The notes under the pieces: generated by a model
Seen by the model: the letters and a program-made list of their open reading frames with translations, nothing else
The model's database searches: none
Told to the model about the DNA's origin: nothing
In this document: in pieces, positions 1 to 8,109 of the stretch
How the letters are laid out: every line of letters begins with the position of its first letter
Numbering within the stretch: the stretch's first letter is position 1
Made by a program: the position numbers and the translations under genes
Origin: Verrucomicrobiota bacterium
Lineage (GTDB): Bacteria > Verrucomicrobiota > Verrucomicrobiia > Limisphaerales > Palsa-1400
DNA: 26,714 nucleotides
Assembly (NCBI GenBank): GCA_049510745.1
Contig: JBEKYR010000061.1
Span: 1 to 26,714 of the forward strand
Direction: 5' to 3'

Positions 1-225
1 GTGAAATTTAAGTTTTTCACAGGTCATTTTTGCCGCCGCGGCAAAGTTATTCACCGTCGGCTGCGGTGCTAAATTCGCTGCGCTCACCTTGCCGCCGATG
101 AATAACTTTGGAAGACCTATAATGGCGCGTGTGCTCCCCGATCCGCAGCCGTCCTTTCGTTACACGAGGATCAGGGGGGAATGCCCCGCATTGACACCGG
201 GCGGCAAACGCCAAAATACTTTGCC

Positions 226-651
226 ATGCGAAACGAAGGCATTCTCAAGCATTTCGCCCTCGCCCTGGCCATGGCGCTGGTCTTTTATCTGGCGGCCTTC
301 AACTGGCTGGAGCACCGCCGCGTGGCCAAAGGGCCTTGGGAAGTGACCTTCCGCATCGACGCCGCCGGAACGCCGTCGCTTCGGATCGCGCAATCCAAGT
401 TGGGCATCACCCAGCTCATCTCCTTCCCCGCCCGAAAAACCCAGCCGGCCAACCTCTTCCGGACCGTGCGTTTCGCGCAGGGGACGACCGAGTTGCCTTT
501 CGGAGAAATGATCTTTCAAGACCCGACCTTTCTGCCGGGAACCGTGACCATGCGCCTCTTCGGCCACGATATTGAATTGCTGCCCCGCGTGCTGACCATC
601 GACAAGAAGGAATACGCGTGGAAGGACGGAAGCCCCATTCAACTTCCGTAG
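226..651 (+). CDS. Hypothetical protein with N-terminal membrane anchor (141 aa)
   Basis: Frame of ORF 181..651; ATG 226 gives MRNEGILKHFALALAMALVFYLAAF (TM helix); host-like codon use; TTGACA at 191-196 upstream supports the later start. Confidence 0.75.
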   Translation: MRNEGILKHFALALAMALVFYLAAFNWLEHRRVAKGPWEVTFRIDAAGTPSLRIAQSKLGITQLISFPARKTQPANLFRTVRFAQGTTELPFGEMIFQDPTFLPGTVTMRLFGHDIELLPRVLTIDKKEYAWKDGSPIQLP

Positions 652-672
652 CCCGGCTCCTTCCCCAGTTTG

Positions 673-762
673 TCAACCGCCTAATTCCGCGGCGCGCAGT
701 TGGATGAAGAGTTCGTAAACCACGGCGCGTTTCTCCGCGAACACGCAGTCAATTATAATCAA
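673..762 (-). pseudogene. Probable C-terminal remnant of a RelE/ParE-like toxin
   Basis: Minus-strand frame reads LIIIDCVFAEKRAVVYELFIQLRAAELGG*, overlapping the antitoxin 3' end; resembles the I-D/E-C-V-F-A-x-x-R-x-x-V-Y tail of RelE-like toxins; an in-frame TGA lies a few codons upstream. Confidence 0.55.
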
Positions 763-1000
763 GGACGGACACGTCCTGCATTCTCACATTCCCACTCTCG
801 TAAGCCCGGATCGCCTCCATCGCCGCCGGGTTGGCCATGATCTCGAGTGTTTCGATGATGGCTTCCATCCGACCCTTGGATATGACGAAGGCCACCGGGC
901 GTCCGTTCCGAGAGAGAGTCACAGAGCCTTTGGCCTCGGCGCGGCGAATGACGCCCGCCGGATTGCGGCCGATGTCGGAAATGGAATACGTATCTTTCAC
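749..1000 (-). CDS. Type II antitoxin, Phd/YefM family (83 aa)
   Basis: (M)KDTYSISDIGRNPAGVIRRAE..VTLSRNGRPVAFVIS..ETLEIMANP; GTG at 1000 sits 7 nt after a -10 box. Confidence 0.85.
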   Translation of the reverse strand: MKDTYSISDIGRNPAGVIRRAEAKGSVTLSRNGRPVAFVISKGRMEAIIETLEIMANPAAMEAIRAYESGNVRMQDVSVLDYN

Positions 1001-1007
1001 GAAAATA

Positions 1008-1036
1008 AAACTAAGCCGTTGGCCGCCGAAAGTCAA
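1008..1036 (-). promoter_or_regulatory. sigma70-type promoter, leaderless antitoxin mRNA
   Basis: TTGACT(1036-1031)-17 nt-TAGTTT(1013-1008)-7 nt-GTG(1000). Confidence 0.65.
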
Positions 1037-1062
1037 TTTCCCGTGTTTTCGCTGACGGCTCC

Positions 1063-2133
1063 CTAAATCCGCACCTTGAATTCCTCGCCCTTCTTCAAGG
1101 AGCGCGCGAACGCCGCCAGCAAAGGCGGAATCTGCTCGAGGTCCTTCAAGCTCACGACCTCGACCGGCGAGTGCATGTAGCGGTCGGGCAAACTGATCAG
1201 CGCGCTCGGAATGCCGCCCCGCGTCCAGAAGATCACGTCGGTGTCGGTGCCGCTGCTGCTGGAACTGGCCTCGTGCTGCAAACGTATCTTGCCCGCCTTG
1301 GCCACCGCTTCCAGCCGCGCCACCACTTCGGGATGATTACAGCCGCCATGCGTCAACGTCGGTCCCCGCCCGATTTTGACATCCCCGTGCTGCGGCTGGC
1401 TGACGGTCGGATAATCGGTCGCGTGGGTCACATCGACCACCAGCGCCACATCCGGTTTGAGGGTGTAGGCAATTTGCCGGGCGCCCAGCAGGCCGACTTC
1501 CTCCATAATGTTCGAGACCGCCAGCACTTCGGCCTGCAGCTTGCTTTTTTCCTCGAACAACAGGCGCAAGGCCTCGGCCACGGCAAAGGTGCCGACGCGG
1601 TTATCGAAGGCCCGGGCCACGGCCAGGTTGTTGCGCAGCAGCTCGAACTGGTCGCTCAACGTGATCGGGTCGCCCACCCGGATCAACCTCTCCGCCTCCT
1701 TGCGGTTGCGGACGCCGATATCGATGAACAAATCCTCCATTTTCGGCGGCTTCCGGTCCGGGTCGGACTTGGTCAGGTGCGGGGCGACGTTGCCGACGAC
1801 GCCCTTGACCGGGCCGCCGCGAGAGTGGATGACCACCCGCTGCGCCTTGGTGATGGCGGGGTCGATGCCGCCCATTTTGCGCACATAAACAAAGCCCTCG
1901 TCATTGATATAAGTGACAACCATCGAGATTTCATCGGCATGGGCGGCGAGCATCAGGCGCGGCGAGCCGCCTTTGTTGAGCAAGGCCACGGTGTTGCCGT
2001 AAGGGTCGCTGAACGTTTCGTCGGCGAAAGGCGCGGCGTAATCGAGCCAGACCCGCTGGCCGCGGGCCTCATGGCCCGAAGGGCTGGGAGTGTTGATGAG
2101 CCGTTCCAGGAATTGAAGTGATTCAGCACGCAT
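1063..2133 (-). CDS. M42 family metallo-aminopeptidase (TET/FrvX-like)
   Basis: Motifs PSPSGHE, AAHADEI, ARAFDNR, MEEVGLLGA, VVDVT, GTD, RYMHSPVE. Confidence 0.93.
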   Translation of the reverse strand: MRAESLQFLERLINTPSPSGHEARGQRVWLDYAAPFADETFSDPYGNTVALLNKGGSPRLMLAAHADEISMVVTYINDEGFVYVRKMGGIDPAITKAQRVVIHSRGGPVKGVVGNVAPHLTKSDPDRKPPKMEDLFIDIGVRNRKEAERLIRVGDPITLSDQFELLRNNLAVARAFDNRVGTFAVAEALRLLFEEKSKLQAEVLAVSNIMEEVGLLGARQIAYTLKPDVALVVDVTHATDYPTVSQPQHGDVKIGRGPTLTHGGCNHPEVVARLEAVAKAGKIRLQHEASSSSSGTDTDVIFWTRGGIPSALISLPDRYMHSPVEVVSLKDLEQIPPLLAAFARSLKKGEEFKVRI

Positions 2134-2139
2134 CGGGGC

Positions 2140-2212
2140 ATTCTATTTGATAAGGCGCAAAAGAACAACGCGATGTTTCCGTCTTGGTATCGCCGGGGCG
2201 GGATGCTCTAAT
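2140..2212. promoter_or_regulatory. Back-to-back sigma70 promoters for M42 peptidase and SDR epimerase
   Basis: Minus: TTGTTC(2168-2163)-17-TAGAAT(2145-2140)-6-ATG 2133. Plus: TTGGTA(2184-2189)-17-TCTAAT(2207-2212, preceded by TGc)-6-ATG 2219. Confidence 0.6.
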
Positions 2213-2218
2213 CAGAGC

Positions 2219-3103
2219 ATGCGTGTGTTGATTGTCGGCTGCGGGTATGTCGGGCTGCCGCTGGGCGCGGAGTTGGCCCGGCTGGGGCATGAGGTCTTCG
2301 GCGTCACCCGCTCGGCCGAGCGCGGCGCGGAGTTGCAGGCCCGCGGGCTGCAGCCGCTGACGGCCGATGTCACCCGGCCCGGCGACCTGGCCCGTTTGCC
2401 GCAGGGGCTGGATTGGGTCGTCAATACTGTTTCATCGAACAAAGGCGGATTGGAGGAGTACCGAAAGGTCTATCTGGGCGGGACGCGGAATCTGCTGGCA
2501 TGGCTGGAGGCCGCGCCGCCGAAGAAATTCGTCCACGCCGGCAGCACCAGCGTTTATGGCCAGACCGATGGCTCGGTGGTCAAGGAAAACAGCCCGGTGG
2601 AGCCGTCCAGTGAATTGGGCCGGGTGCTGGCGCATACCGAGTGCCTGGTGCTGGACGCGGCGCGCGAGCGGAAATTCCCGGGCATTGTCCTGCGCATCGC
2701 GGGCATTTACGGACCGGGGCGCGGCCATCTGTTTCTGCAATACTTGAAGGGCGAGGCGCGCATCCCCGGACACGGCGAACGGCTCATGAACATGATTCAC
2801 CGGGACGACGTGGTCGCCTGCCTGCTGACCGCGCTGAAAAGCGGCCGGCCCGGCGAGATTTACAACGCGGTGGATGACGAGCCGGTGACGCAGCTTCATT
2901 TCTTTCGCTGGCTTTCCGAAACGCTGGGGAAAAACATGCCGCCGTTCGGAGGGGAGGAAGAGCCGGGCAAACGCGCTGTCACACATAAGAAAGTGAGCAA
3001 TCGCAAGCTGCGGATGGAGTTGGGCTGCGTCTTGCGCTACCCGACGTTCCGCCAGGGGTACACGGCGGAAATCCAGCGCCTTCAGGACGCCGGGGAGATT
3101 TGA
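2219..3103 (+). CDS. NAD-dependent epimerase/dehydratase (atypical SDR, YeeZ-like)
   Basis: MRVLIVGCGYVG Rossmann motif, STSVYGQ, LRIAGIYGPGR, IHRDD; start moved to ATG 2219. Confidence 0.88.
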   Translation: MRVLIVGCGYVGLPLGAELARLGHEVFGVTRSAERGAELQARGLQPLTADVTRPGDLARLPQGLDWVVNTVSSNKGGLEEYRKVYLGGTRNLLAWLEAAPPKKFVHAGSTSVYGQTDGSVVKENSPVEPSSELGRVLAHTECLVLDAARERKFPGIVLRIAGIYGPGRGHLFLQYLKGEARIPGHGERLMNMIHRDDVVACLLTALKSGRPGEIYNAVDDEPVTQLHFFRWLSETLGKNMPPFGGEEEPGKRAVTHKKVSNRKLRMELGCVLRYPTFRQGYTAEIQRLQDAGEI

Positions 3104-3112
3104 CGCCCGCGC

Positions 3113-3679
3113 TCAGAACTGGACAGTGGGCGCCTGCTTGTCTTCGGCCGGGGCCTCGAAGAAAGGTTCGTCCTTGAAGCCGAGGGCGCCGGCGACCAGC
3201 ACCGCCGGGAAGCTCTGGAGAGTGGTGTTGTACTGGGTGACGACGCCGTTATACGACTGGCGCGAGAGGGCGATGCCATCCTCGGTGCCGCTCAACTCGG
3301 TTTGGAGGCGAAGGAAGTTCTCGTTGGCTTTGAGGTTGGGATAGGCTTCGGAGACGGCCAGCAGCCGGCTCAGCACGCCGCTCAATTCGCCTTCGGCCTT
3401 GATGCGGTCGGCGGGCGCGGTGGCGCTGGTGGCCCTGGCCCGCGCGCTGATGACGGCGTCGAGCGTCCCTTTTTCATGCGCGGCGTAGCCCTTGACCGTG
3501 TTGACCAGGTTGGGAATCAGGTCGTGGCGGCGCTTGAGGTGAACATCAATTTGCGACCACGCGCTTTTCACCTCCTGGCGCAGGCGCACCAGGCTGTTGT
3601 AGATGCCCACGACCGTGGTGGCGATGACCACGATCAAAACCAAGAGGATGACAAGGCTGACCAGAATTGCTGTCGTCAT
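3113..3679 (-). CDS. lemA: LemA family protein
   Basis: N-terminal TM helix, [46 protein letters not shown]. Confidence 0.93.
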   Translation of the reverse strand: MTTAILVSLVILLVLIVVIATTVVGIYNSLVRLRQEVKSAWSQIDVHLKRRHDLIPNLVNTVKGYAAHEKGTLDAVISARARATSATAPADRIKAEGELSGVLSRLLAVSEAYPNLKANENFLRLQTELSGTEDGIALSRQSYNGVVTQYNTTLQSFPAVLVAGALGFKDEPFFEAPAEDKQAPTVQF

Positions 3680-3774
3680 GGCCGGAATCTAACCGAAGCC
3701 CGCGGCGGCGGCGATTACAAAGTGAGGGAGATTTTGGAGAACGCAGGCCCGTTTCTGGCAACGCTATTGTCAAT

Positions 3775-4542
3775 TTAACGCGCGCGCCCGGAAAGCGCCA
3801 CCGCGCCGTCGCGCAGTTCGGCCGTCACGTCCAGCGTATCGCGCCGCAGGCAAAAGGCGACGTCGCCGCGCAAGTCCGGATGGGCCAGCAGACGGCGGGC
3901 GTTGCGCGACTGTCGCACGGCGGCGGCCATGTCGCCGGCGGCGTCGAGGTAAATCCGGCGCGCGATCCGGGCGGAATCGGCGACAGGCCCGTTCTGAAAC
4001 TGCTTCCAAACCAAATCACACAAGGCGCCCGCCGCCAGCGTGTCTTCGTACGCCGCCTCCTCGAACGTCCCGGCGCAGATCACCAGCAGCCGTCCGGCCC
4101 GCTCCGCTTGAAGGCACTGGGCCAGCGCGCCGAGGTTCAAAAACGCGCCGGCCAGAACGCGCCGCGCCCCCCGGCAGGCCTGCAACGCGCGGGTCCCGTT
4201 GGTCGTTGTCATAATAATTTCCCGGCCCGCCACGCGTTCCCGCGTGAACTCGCGCGGAGAATTGCCCAGGTCGAAATCCACCCCGCCGGTTTGCCCGGCC
4301 AGAATCCGCACTCCATCCCGTTCCCCCGCCAGCAGGGCGTCCGGATGGCTGCGGCGGAGCGCCAGGGCGCGGGAAATCGTGCGCGCGGGATATATTTTGG
4401 GAGCGCCATTGGCCAGCGCGATCATCATGGAACTGGTCGCCCGCAGCACATCAAACACGACGCACACCACATCGGCCAGGTCGCGCGGTTGGAGCGCGGA
4501 GAATTCCGCCGGAGTGAAGAGCACTTCCAGATTCGATTCCAT
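3775..4542 (-). CDS. comB: 2-phosphosulfolactate phosphatase family protein
   Basis: VVFDVLRATS, LLAGER, DLGNSPRE, MTTTNGT, EDTLAAG; start ATG 4542 (ORF extension to 4899 overlaps the GH27 gene). Confidence 0.9.
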   Translation of the reverse strand: MESNLEVLFTPAEFSALQPRDLADVVCVVFDVLRATSSMMIALANGAPKIYPARTISRALALRRSHPDALLAGERDGVRILAGQTGGVDFDLGNSPREFTRERVAGREIIMTTTNGTRALQACRGARRVLAGAFLNLGALAQCLQAERAGRLLVICAGTFEEAAYEDTLAAGALCDLVWKQFQNGPVADSARIARRIYLDAAGDMAAAVRQSRNARRLLAHPDLRGDVAFCLRRDTLDVTAELRDGAVALSGRAR

Positions 4543-4553
4543 CGCCCGGAACG

Positions 4554-6263
4554 TTAGCGTTCCGCCGGGCCGGTTCCAAGGGGGGATTTGACTCCGAGCA
4601 AAACGCACCCGTGCGCGCCAAGCTCGGCGGCGAACCGCTCCTGCCGGCCCAAATCGCGCCGCAGCCAGAGGTCGCGCACTTGCGGCGGCTGCAAAAAGCC
4701 GAGGTCGCGCCACGGCACATCGATCCGCGCGGGCTGATCGCGCCGGTTGAAGAAACCGACGGCGCAAGAGCCGTCGGCGAGTTCTTTGAGCCAGGTCTCG
4801 GCGGGGACGGGCTGGCCGTACATGCGGCGGGCGGCCCGGCCCAGAGCGTCCTGGTCGATGGCCAACACCTCCGGATTGGTCAAGAGGGCCGTCGTCCACT
4901 CGTCATTGTCGGGCAGGTTCATCCCCAGCATGAGAGGCGAGGATTCCAGGCACCAGAGCGACATGAGGGTGAGTTGTTCGTGGCGGGTGAAGCGGGACCA
5001 GCGCGCGGGTTTGACGTCGCAATTGCGCAGGCAGATATGCCCGAAGGGGATCATGTCGCCATCGGGCCAATGACCGGGACCGGCGTCGGCGGCCCAGTCG
5101 GAGAACAAATCAAAACCATGATTGAGCGCCTTCCAATTGTCCCAAAAATCACCGGAGATGCGCCAAAGATTGGCGAACTGCCGCAGATGGCGCGCGCAAT
5201 TCACCGGGGCCGGGCCGGGAGAAAGGCTCAACTCAATCGAGCGGCCGCTGGCCTGGAGGGCGCGAGAGAGCGCCTCGATTTCCGCCGCGTCATAAACGCG
5301 CCCGCGCTGCAGACAGCAGATGTCATCGCACTTGATGAAGTCCACGCCCCAGGCGGCGTATTGGCGGGCGATGCTCGCATACCAGGCCCGGCCCGCCGCC
5401 GAATCGCCGTCCACGCCGAACATGTCGCGATTCCATGCGCAGGTCCGATTCGCGTCGCCGGCCGGCAAAACGGCCTCGTCCGCCTTGAAGTCGGAAGCGG
5501 CAATAGGGAGATTGGCCTGCACGGCCTTGCGCGGAATGCCGCGCATGATGTGGATGCCAAACTTCAAACCCATGGCATGGATACTGTCGGCGAGCGGCTT
5601 GAAACCGGCGCCGTTGGCCGCAGAGGGGAAGCGGTTGGTTGGCGGAATGCAGCGGCCAAATTCGTCAATCGTCACCCCTTCGGGTTCCTGCGCGCGGAGG
5701 CCGTCGGCCAGCGAATCATACCAGCGAAAATCCACCACGACAGTGTCCCAGCCAAGGGGTTGCAGGTATTTCTTGAACCACAAGGCGTTCGAGAGGACCT
5801 CGGATTCGGTCACGGCGTCGCCAAAGGCGTCGTAGCTGTTCCAGCCCATCGGCGGCGTCAGCGCGAGGCTGTCGCCGCAGATGATTTTGATTTCCGTCCC
5901 GGCTGTGCCGTCGGAATTATTGGCGGCGGCCTTGACCCGGTATTCGCCTGCGCGGGCCACCGTGCCGGTGATGACGCCGGTTTGGGGGTCCAGCGACAGA
6001 CCGGCGGGCAGATTTTCCGCGGAAAAAGTGATGGGGCGCAGGCCGGTCACGGCCAGCGAATGGAGGAAAGGCGTGCCAGGGTGAATGCCAATGACGCGCG
6101 CGCCGTTGAACTGCGGGGCAGCACCGGCTTTGGCGGCGGCGATGATTTGTTCCTCGCGGGCGGTGAGGTTGGTCTGGGACGGGATGTCCTGGGCGCGCAG
6201 GCAACCCGCCGCCAAGAACAGCCAGACCGCACTCTGCAGCCCGATTGCCGTCGATTTGATCAC
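4554..6263 (-). CDS. Secreted GH27 glycosidase with N-terminal Ig-like (He_PIG) domain; probable beta-L-arabinopyranosidase
   Basis: Signal peptide; LPAGLSLDPQTGVITG Ig motif; TPPMGWNS, GVDFIKCDD nucleophile, WRISGDFWD acid/base, WPDGDM; GTG 6263 overlaps the SSS stop (GTGA). Confidence 0.88.
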   Translation of the reverse strand: MIKSTAIGLQSAVWLFLAAGCLRAQDIPSQTNLTAREEQIIAAAKAGAAPQFNGARVIGIHPGTPFLHSLAVTGLRPITFSAENLPAGLSLDPQTGVITGTVARAGEYRVKAAANNSDGTAGTEIKIICGDSLALTPPMGWNSYDAFGDAVTESEVLSNALWFKKYLQPLGWDTVVVDFRWYDSLADGLRAQEPEGVTIDEFGRCIPPTNRFPSAANGAGFKPLADSIHAMGLKFGIHIMRGIPRKAVQANLPIAASDFKADEAVLPAGDANRTCAWNRDMFGVDGDSAAGRAWYASIARQYAAWGVDFIKCDDICCLQRGRVYDAAEIEALSRALQASGRSIELSLSPGPAPVNCARHLRQFANLWRISGDFWDNWKALNHGFDLFSDWAADAGPGHWPDGDMIPFGHICLRNCDVKPARWSRFTRHEQLTLMSLWCLESSPLMLGMNLPDNDEWTTALLTNPEVLAIDQDALGRAARRMYGQPVPAETWLKELADGSCAVGFFNRRDQPARIDVPWRDLGFLQPPQVRDLWLRRDLGRQERFAAELGAHGCVLLGVKSPLGTGPAER

Positions 6264-8071
6264 CAGAACTTGATGTAGAATGTGACGATTGCGCCCAACA
6301 CGATCAAGGTGAGCACCACGTCTGTGGCATTCCAACTGGCGCGGGTGGCGGCCTTTTCCTCCGGAGTGGCGCCATACCAGGTGTATTTGACGGTCTTGGG
6401 GTCCGGCGCCTTGGTCATGAGGCTGATGACGATCATGAGCGCGGCGGTGATGACGAACAGGGCTTCGCAGTAATACCATTGGTGGATGTTCCAAAAGTCG
6501 AATATGAGTCCGAACTTCGCTTTGACGGGGGCGATGGCCGTGTTGTATTGGCTCAGGGAAATGGCGCCGTGGTAAAGGTCTTCTTTGAGCTTGATTATTG
6601 CCTCGGAGTCGTTGCGCATGACAAGGTCAGCAGCGAGTTTGGCGAAGCCCCCAATCATGCCCACTACAAAGGACCACAGGGCTGCGGGGGCGGTGGCGCG
6701 TTTCCAGAACACACCCCCCGCGAACAGCACTGCGATGGCGGGCGAAAGGTAGCCCTGCACATTCTGGAGATAGAGGTAAAGGTTCGTGTGGAGGCTCTTG
6801 ATCGCCAGCACCCAGCAGATACCGACGAAGACAATCGTCGCCGTGGCGACGCGGCCCACAAACACCTCGGTCCGTCCGGAGGCGTTGGGATACCATTCCC
6901 GGTAGAAATCCATGGTGAACAGCGTGGCGGAGGCGTTGAATTTGGAACCCAGCGAAGCCATGAGGGCGACGATCATGCCGCAGGCCACCATGCCTCGGAG
7001 GCCGTGCGGAAGAATCTGCGCCACCAGCGAGGTGTAAGCTGCGTCGCCGTTGGTGGTGAACCCGGCGGCCGGAGTCTTGGTCAGCGCAAAAGCAATCATC
7101 CCCGGCACCAAAAAGATGAACACCGGCGTCAGCTTGAAAAAGCCGGCCAGGATGCAGCCGCGCCGGGATTCCTGCTCGTTTTTGCCGGCGAGCACGCGCT
7201 GGACGATATACTGGTCGGTACACCAGTACCAGAAACCGATGATGGCCGATGCCGGCAACACCGCCGGCCACGGAAAATCAGGATCGCGGGCGGAGCGGAT
7301 GAGGTGAACATTGCTGCCGACGGCGGTCAGGGTGGCCTTCCAGCCCGCAACGAGGCTGCCGTGGCCCAGGACGTGAAGCCCCATGTAAAGGATGCAGACG
7401 GAACCAAAGATCAGCACCGGCGCCTGGAGCACGGCGGTGTACATGATCACGCGCATGCCGCCAAAAATCGTGTAAAGGCCGGTCGTCGCCGCCAGCCCCA
7501 GGGCGATGGCCCAGAAAACGTCGATCTGGTATCCGAAAATATTCACCGTGTCCACATTCAACAGCGTGCGGATGACGACATCGCCGGCGTAGATGGTGGC
7601 GGCGATCTTGGTCAGCACCAGGCTGGCCATGGTGAGCAGACTCAAGACATTGCGCGAGCCGCGGCTGAAGCGGAGTTCGAGAAACTCCGGCATGGTGAAT
7701 ATTTTCATGCGGTCGTAGAGCGGCACGAACACCCAGCCCAGCACGAGGATGAGCCACCCGTGCATTTCCCAGTGCGCCATCGCCATGCCGGTGAGAAAGC
7801 CGGCGCCGGCCAGACCGACGAGGTGTTCGGAGCCGATGTTGGACGAGAAGATGGAGGATCCGATCTGCAGCCAGTTGGCGTCGCGGCCGGACAGGAAGTA
7901 GTCCTTGCCGGACTCGTTCTTCTTGAGCATGGAATACCAGACCGTCGCGATCATGCCCAAGCCGAACAAGACGATCACGAACCAGTCGAGGTTGTCGAAC
8001 ACCGAGACGCGGACGGCGGCCGCCGCGGCGTTGGTGACAGAGTTGACAGCGGCGTTAGTGACAGAATTCAT
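6260..8071 (-). CDS. Sodium:solute symporter (SSS/SLC5), probable arabinose transporter
   Basis: DYFLSGR, SNIGSEHLVGLAG, TMPEFLELRF, WYWCTDQYIVQRVL; many TM helices; lies in the ara cluster. Confidence 0.92.
   Translation of the reverse strand: MNSVTNAAVNSVTNAAAAAVRVSVFDNLDWFVIVLFGLGMIATVWYSMLKKNESGKDYFLSGRDANWLQIGSSIFSSNIGSEHLVGLAGAGFLTGMAMAHWEMHGWLILVLGWVFVPLYDRMKIFTMPEFLELRFSRGSRNVLSLLTMASLVLTKIAATIYAGDVVIRTLLNVDTVNIFGYQIDVFWAIALGLAATTGLYTIFGGMRVIMYTAVLQAPVLIFGSVCILYMGLHVLGHGSLVAGWKATLTAVGSNVHLIRSARDPDFPWPAVLPASAIIGFWYWCTDQYIVQRVLAGKNEQESRRGCILAGFFKLTPVFIFLVPGMIAFALTKTPAAGFTTNGDAAYTSLVAQILPHGLRGMVACGMIVALMASLGSKFNASATLFTMDFYREWYPNASGRTEVFVGRVATATIVFVGICWVLAIKSLHTNLYLYLQNVQGYLSPAIAVLFAGGVFWKRATAPAALWSFVVGMIGGFAKLAADLVMRNDSEAIIKLKEDLYHGAISLSQYNTAIAPVKAKFGLIFDFWNIHQWYYCEALFVITAALMIVISLMTKAPDPKTVKYTWYGATPEEKAATRASWNATDVVLTLIVLGAIVTFYIKFW
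8024..8068 (-). repeat. In-frame tandem duplication NSVTNAA x2 at the SSS N-terminus
   Basis: aat tct gtc act aac gcc gct / aac tct gtc acc aac gcc gcg, 24-nt period. Confidence 0.8.
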
Positions 8072-8109
8072 AAGCTGGTCTCGCGATTGAAGAAGGGTGG
8101 TTTGCTGGG

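Noticed and set aside
150..176. Hammerhead-like CTGA..GAAA on the minus strand
   Set aside because: Core reads CTGATCC rather than CTGANGA; required stems not found.
4543..4899. Extended N-terminus of comB (and likewise 6264..6494 for GH27)
   Set aside because: Arg/Pro-rich off-frame readings of upstream genes; better starts at 4542 and 6263.
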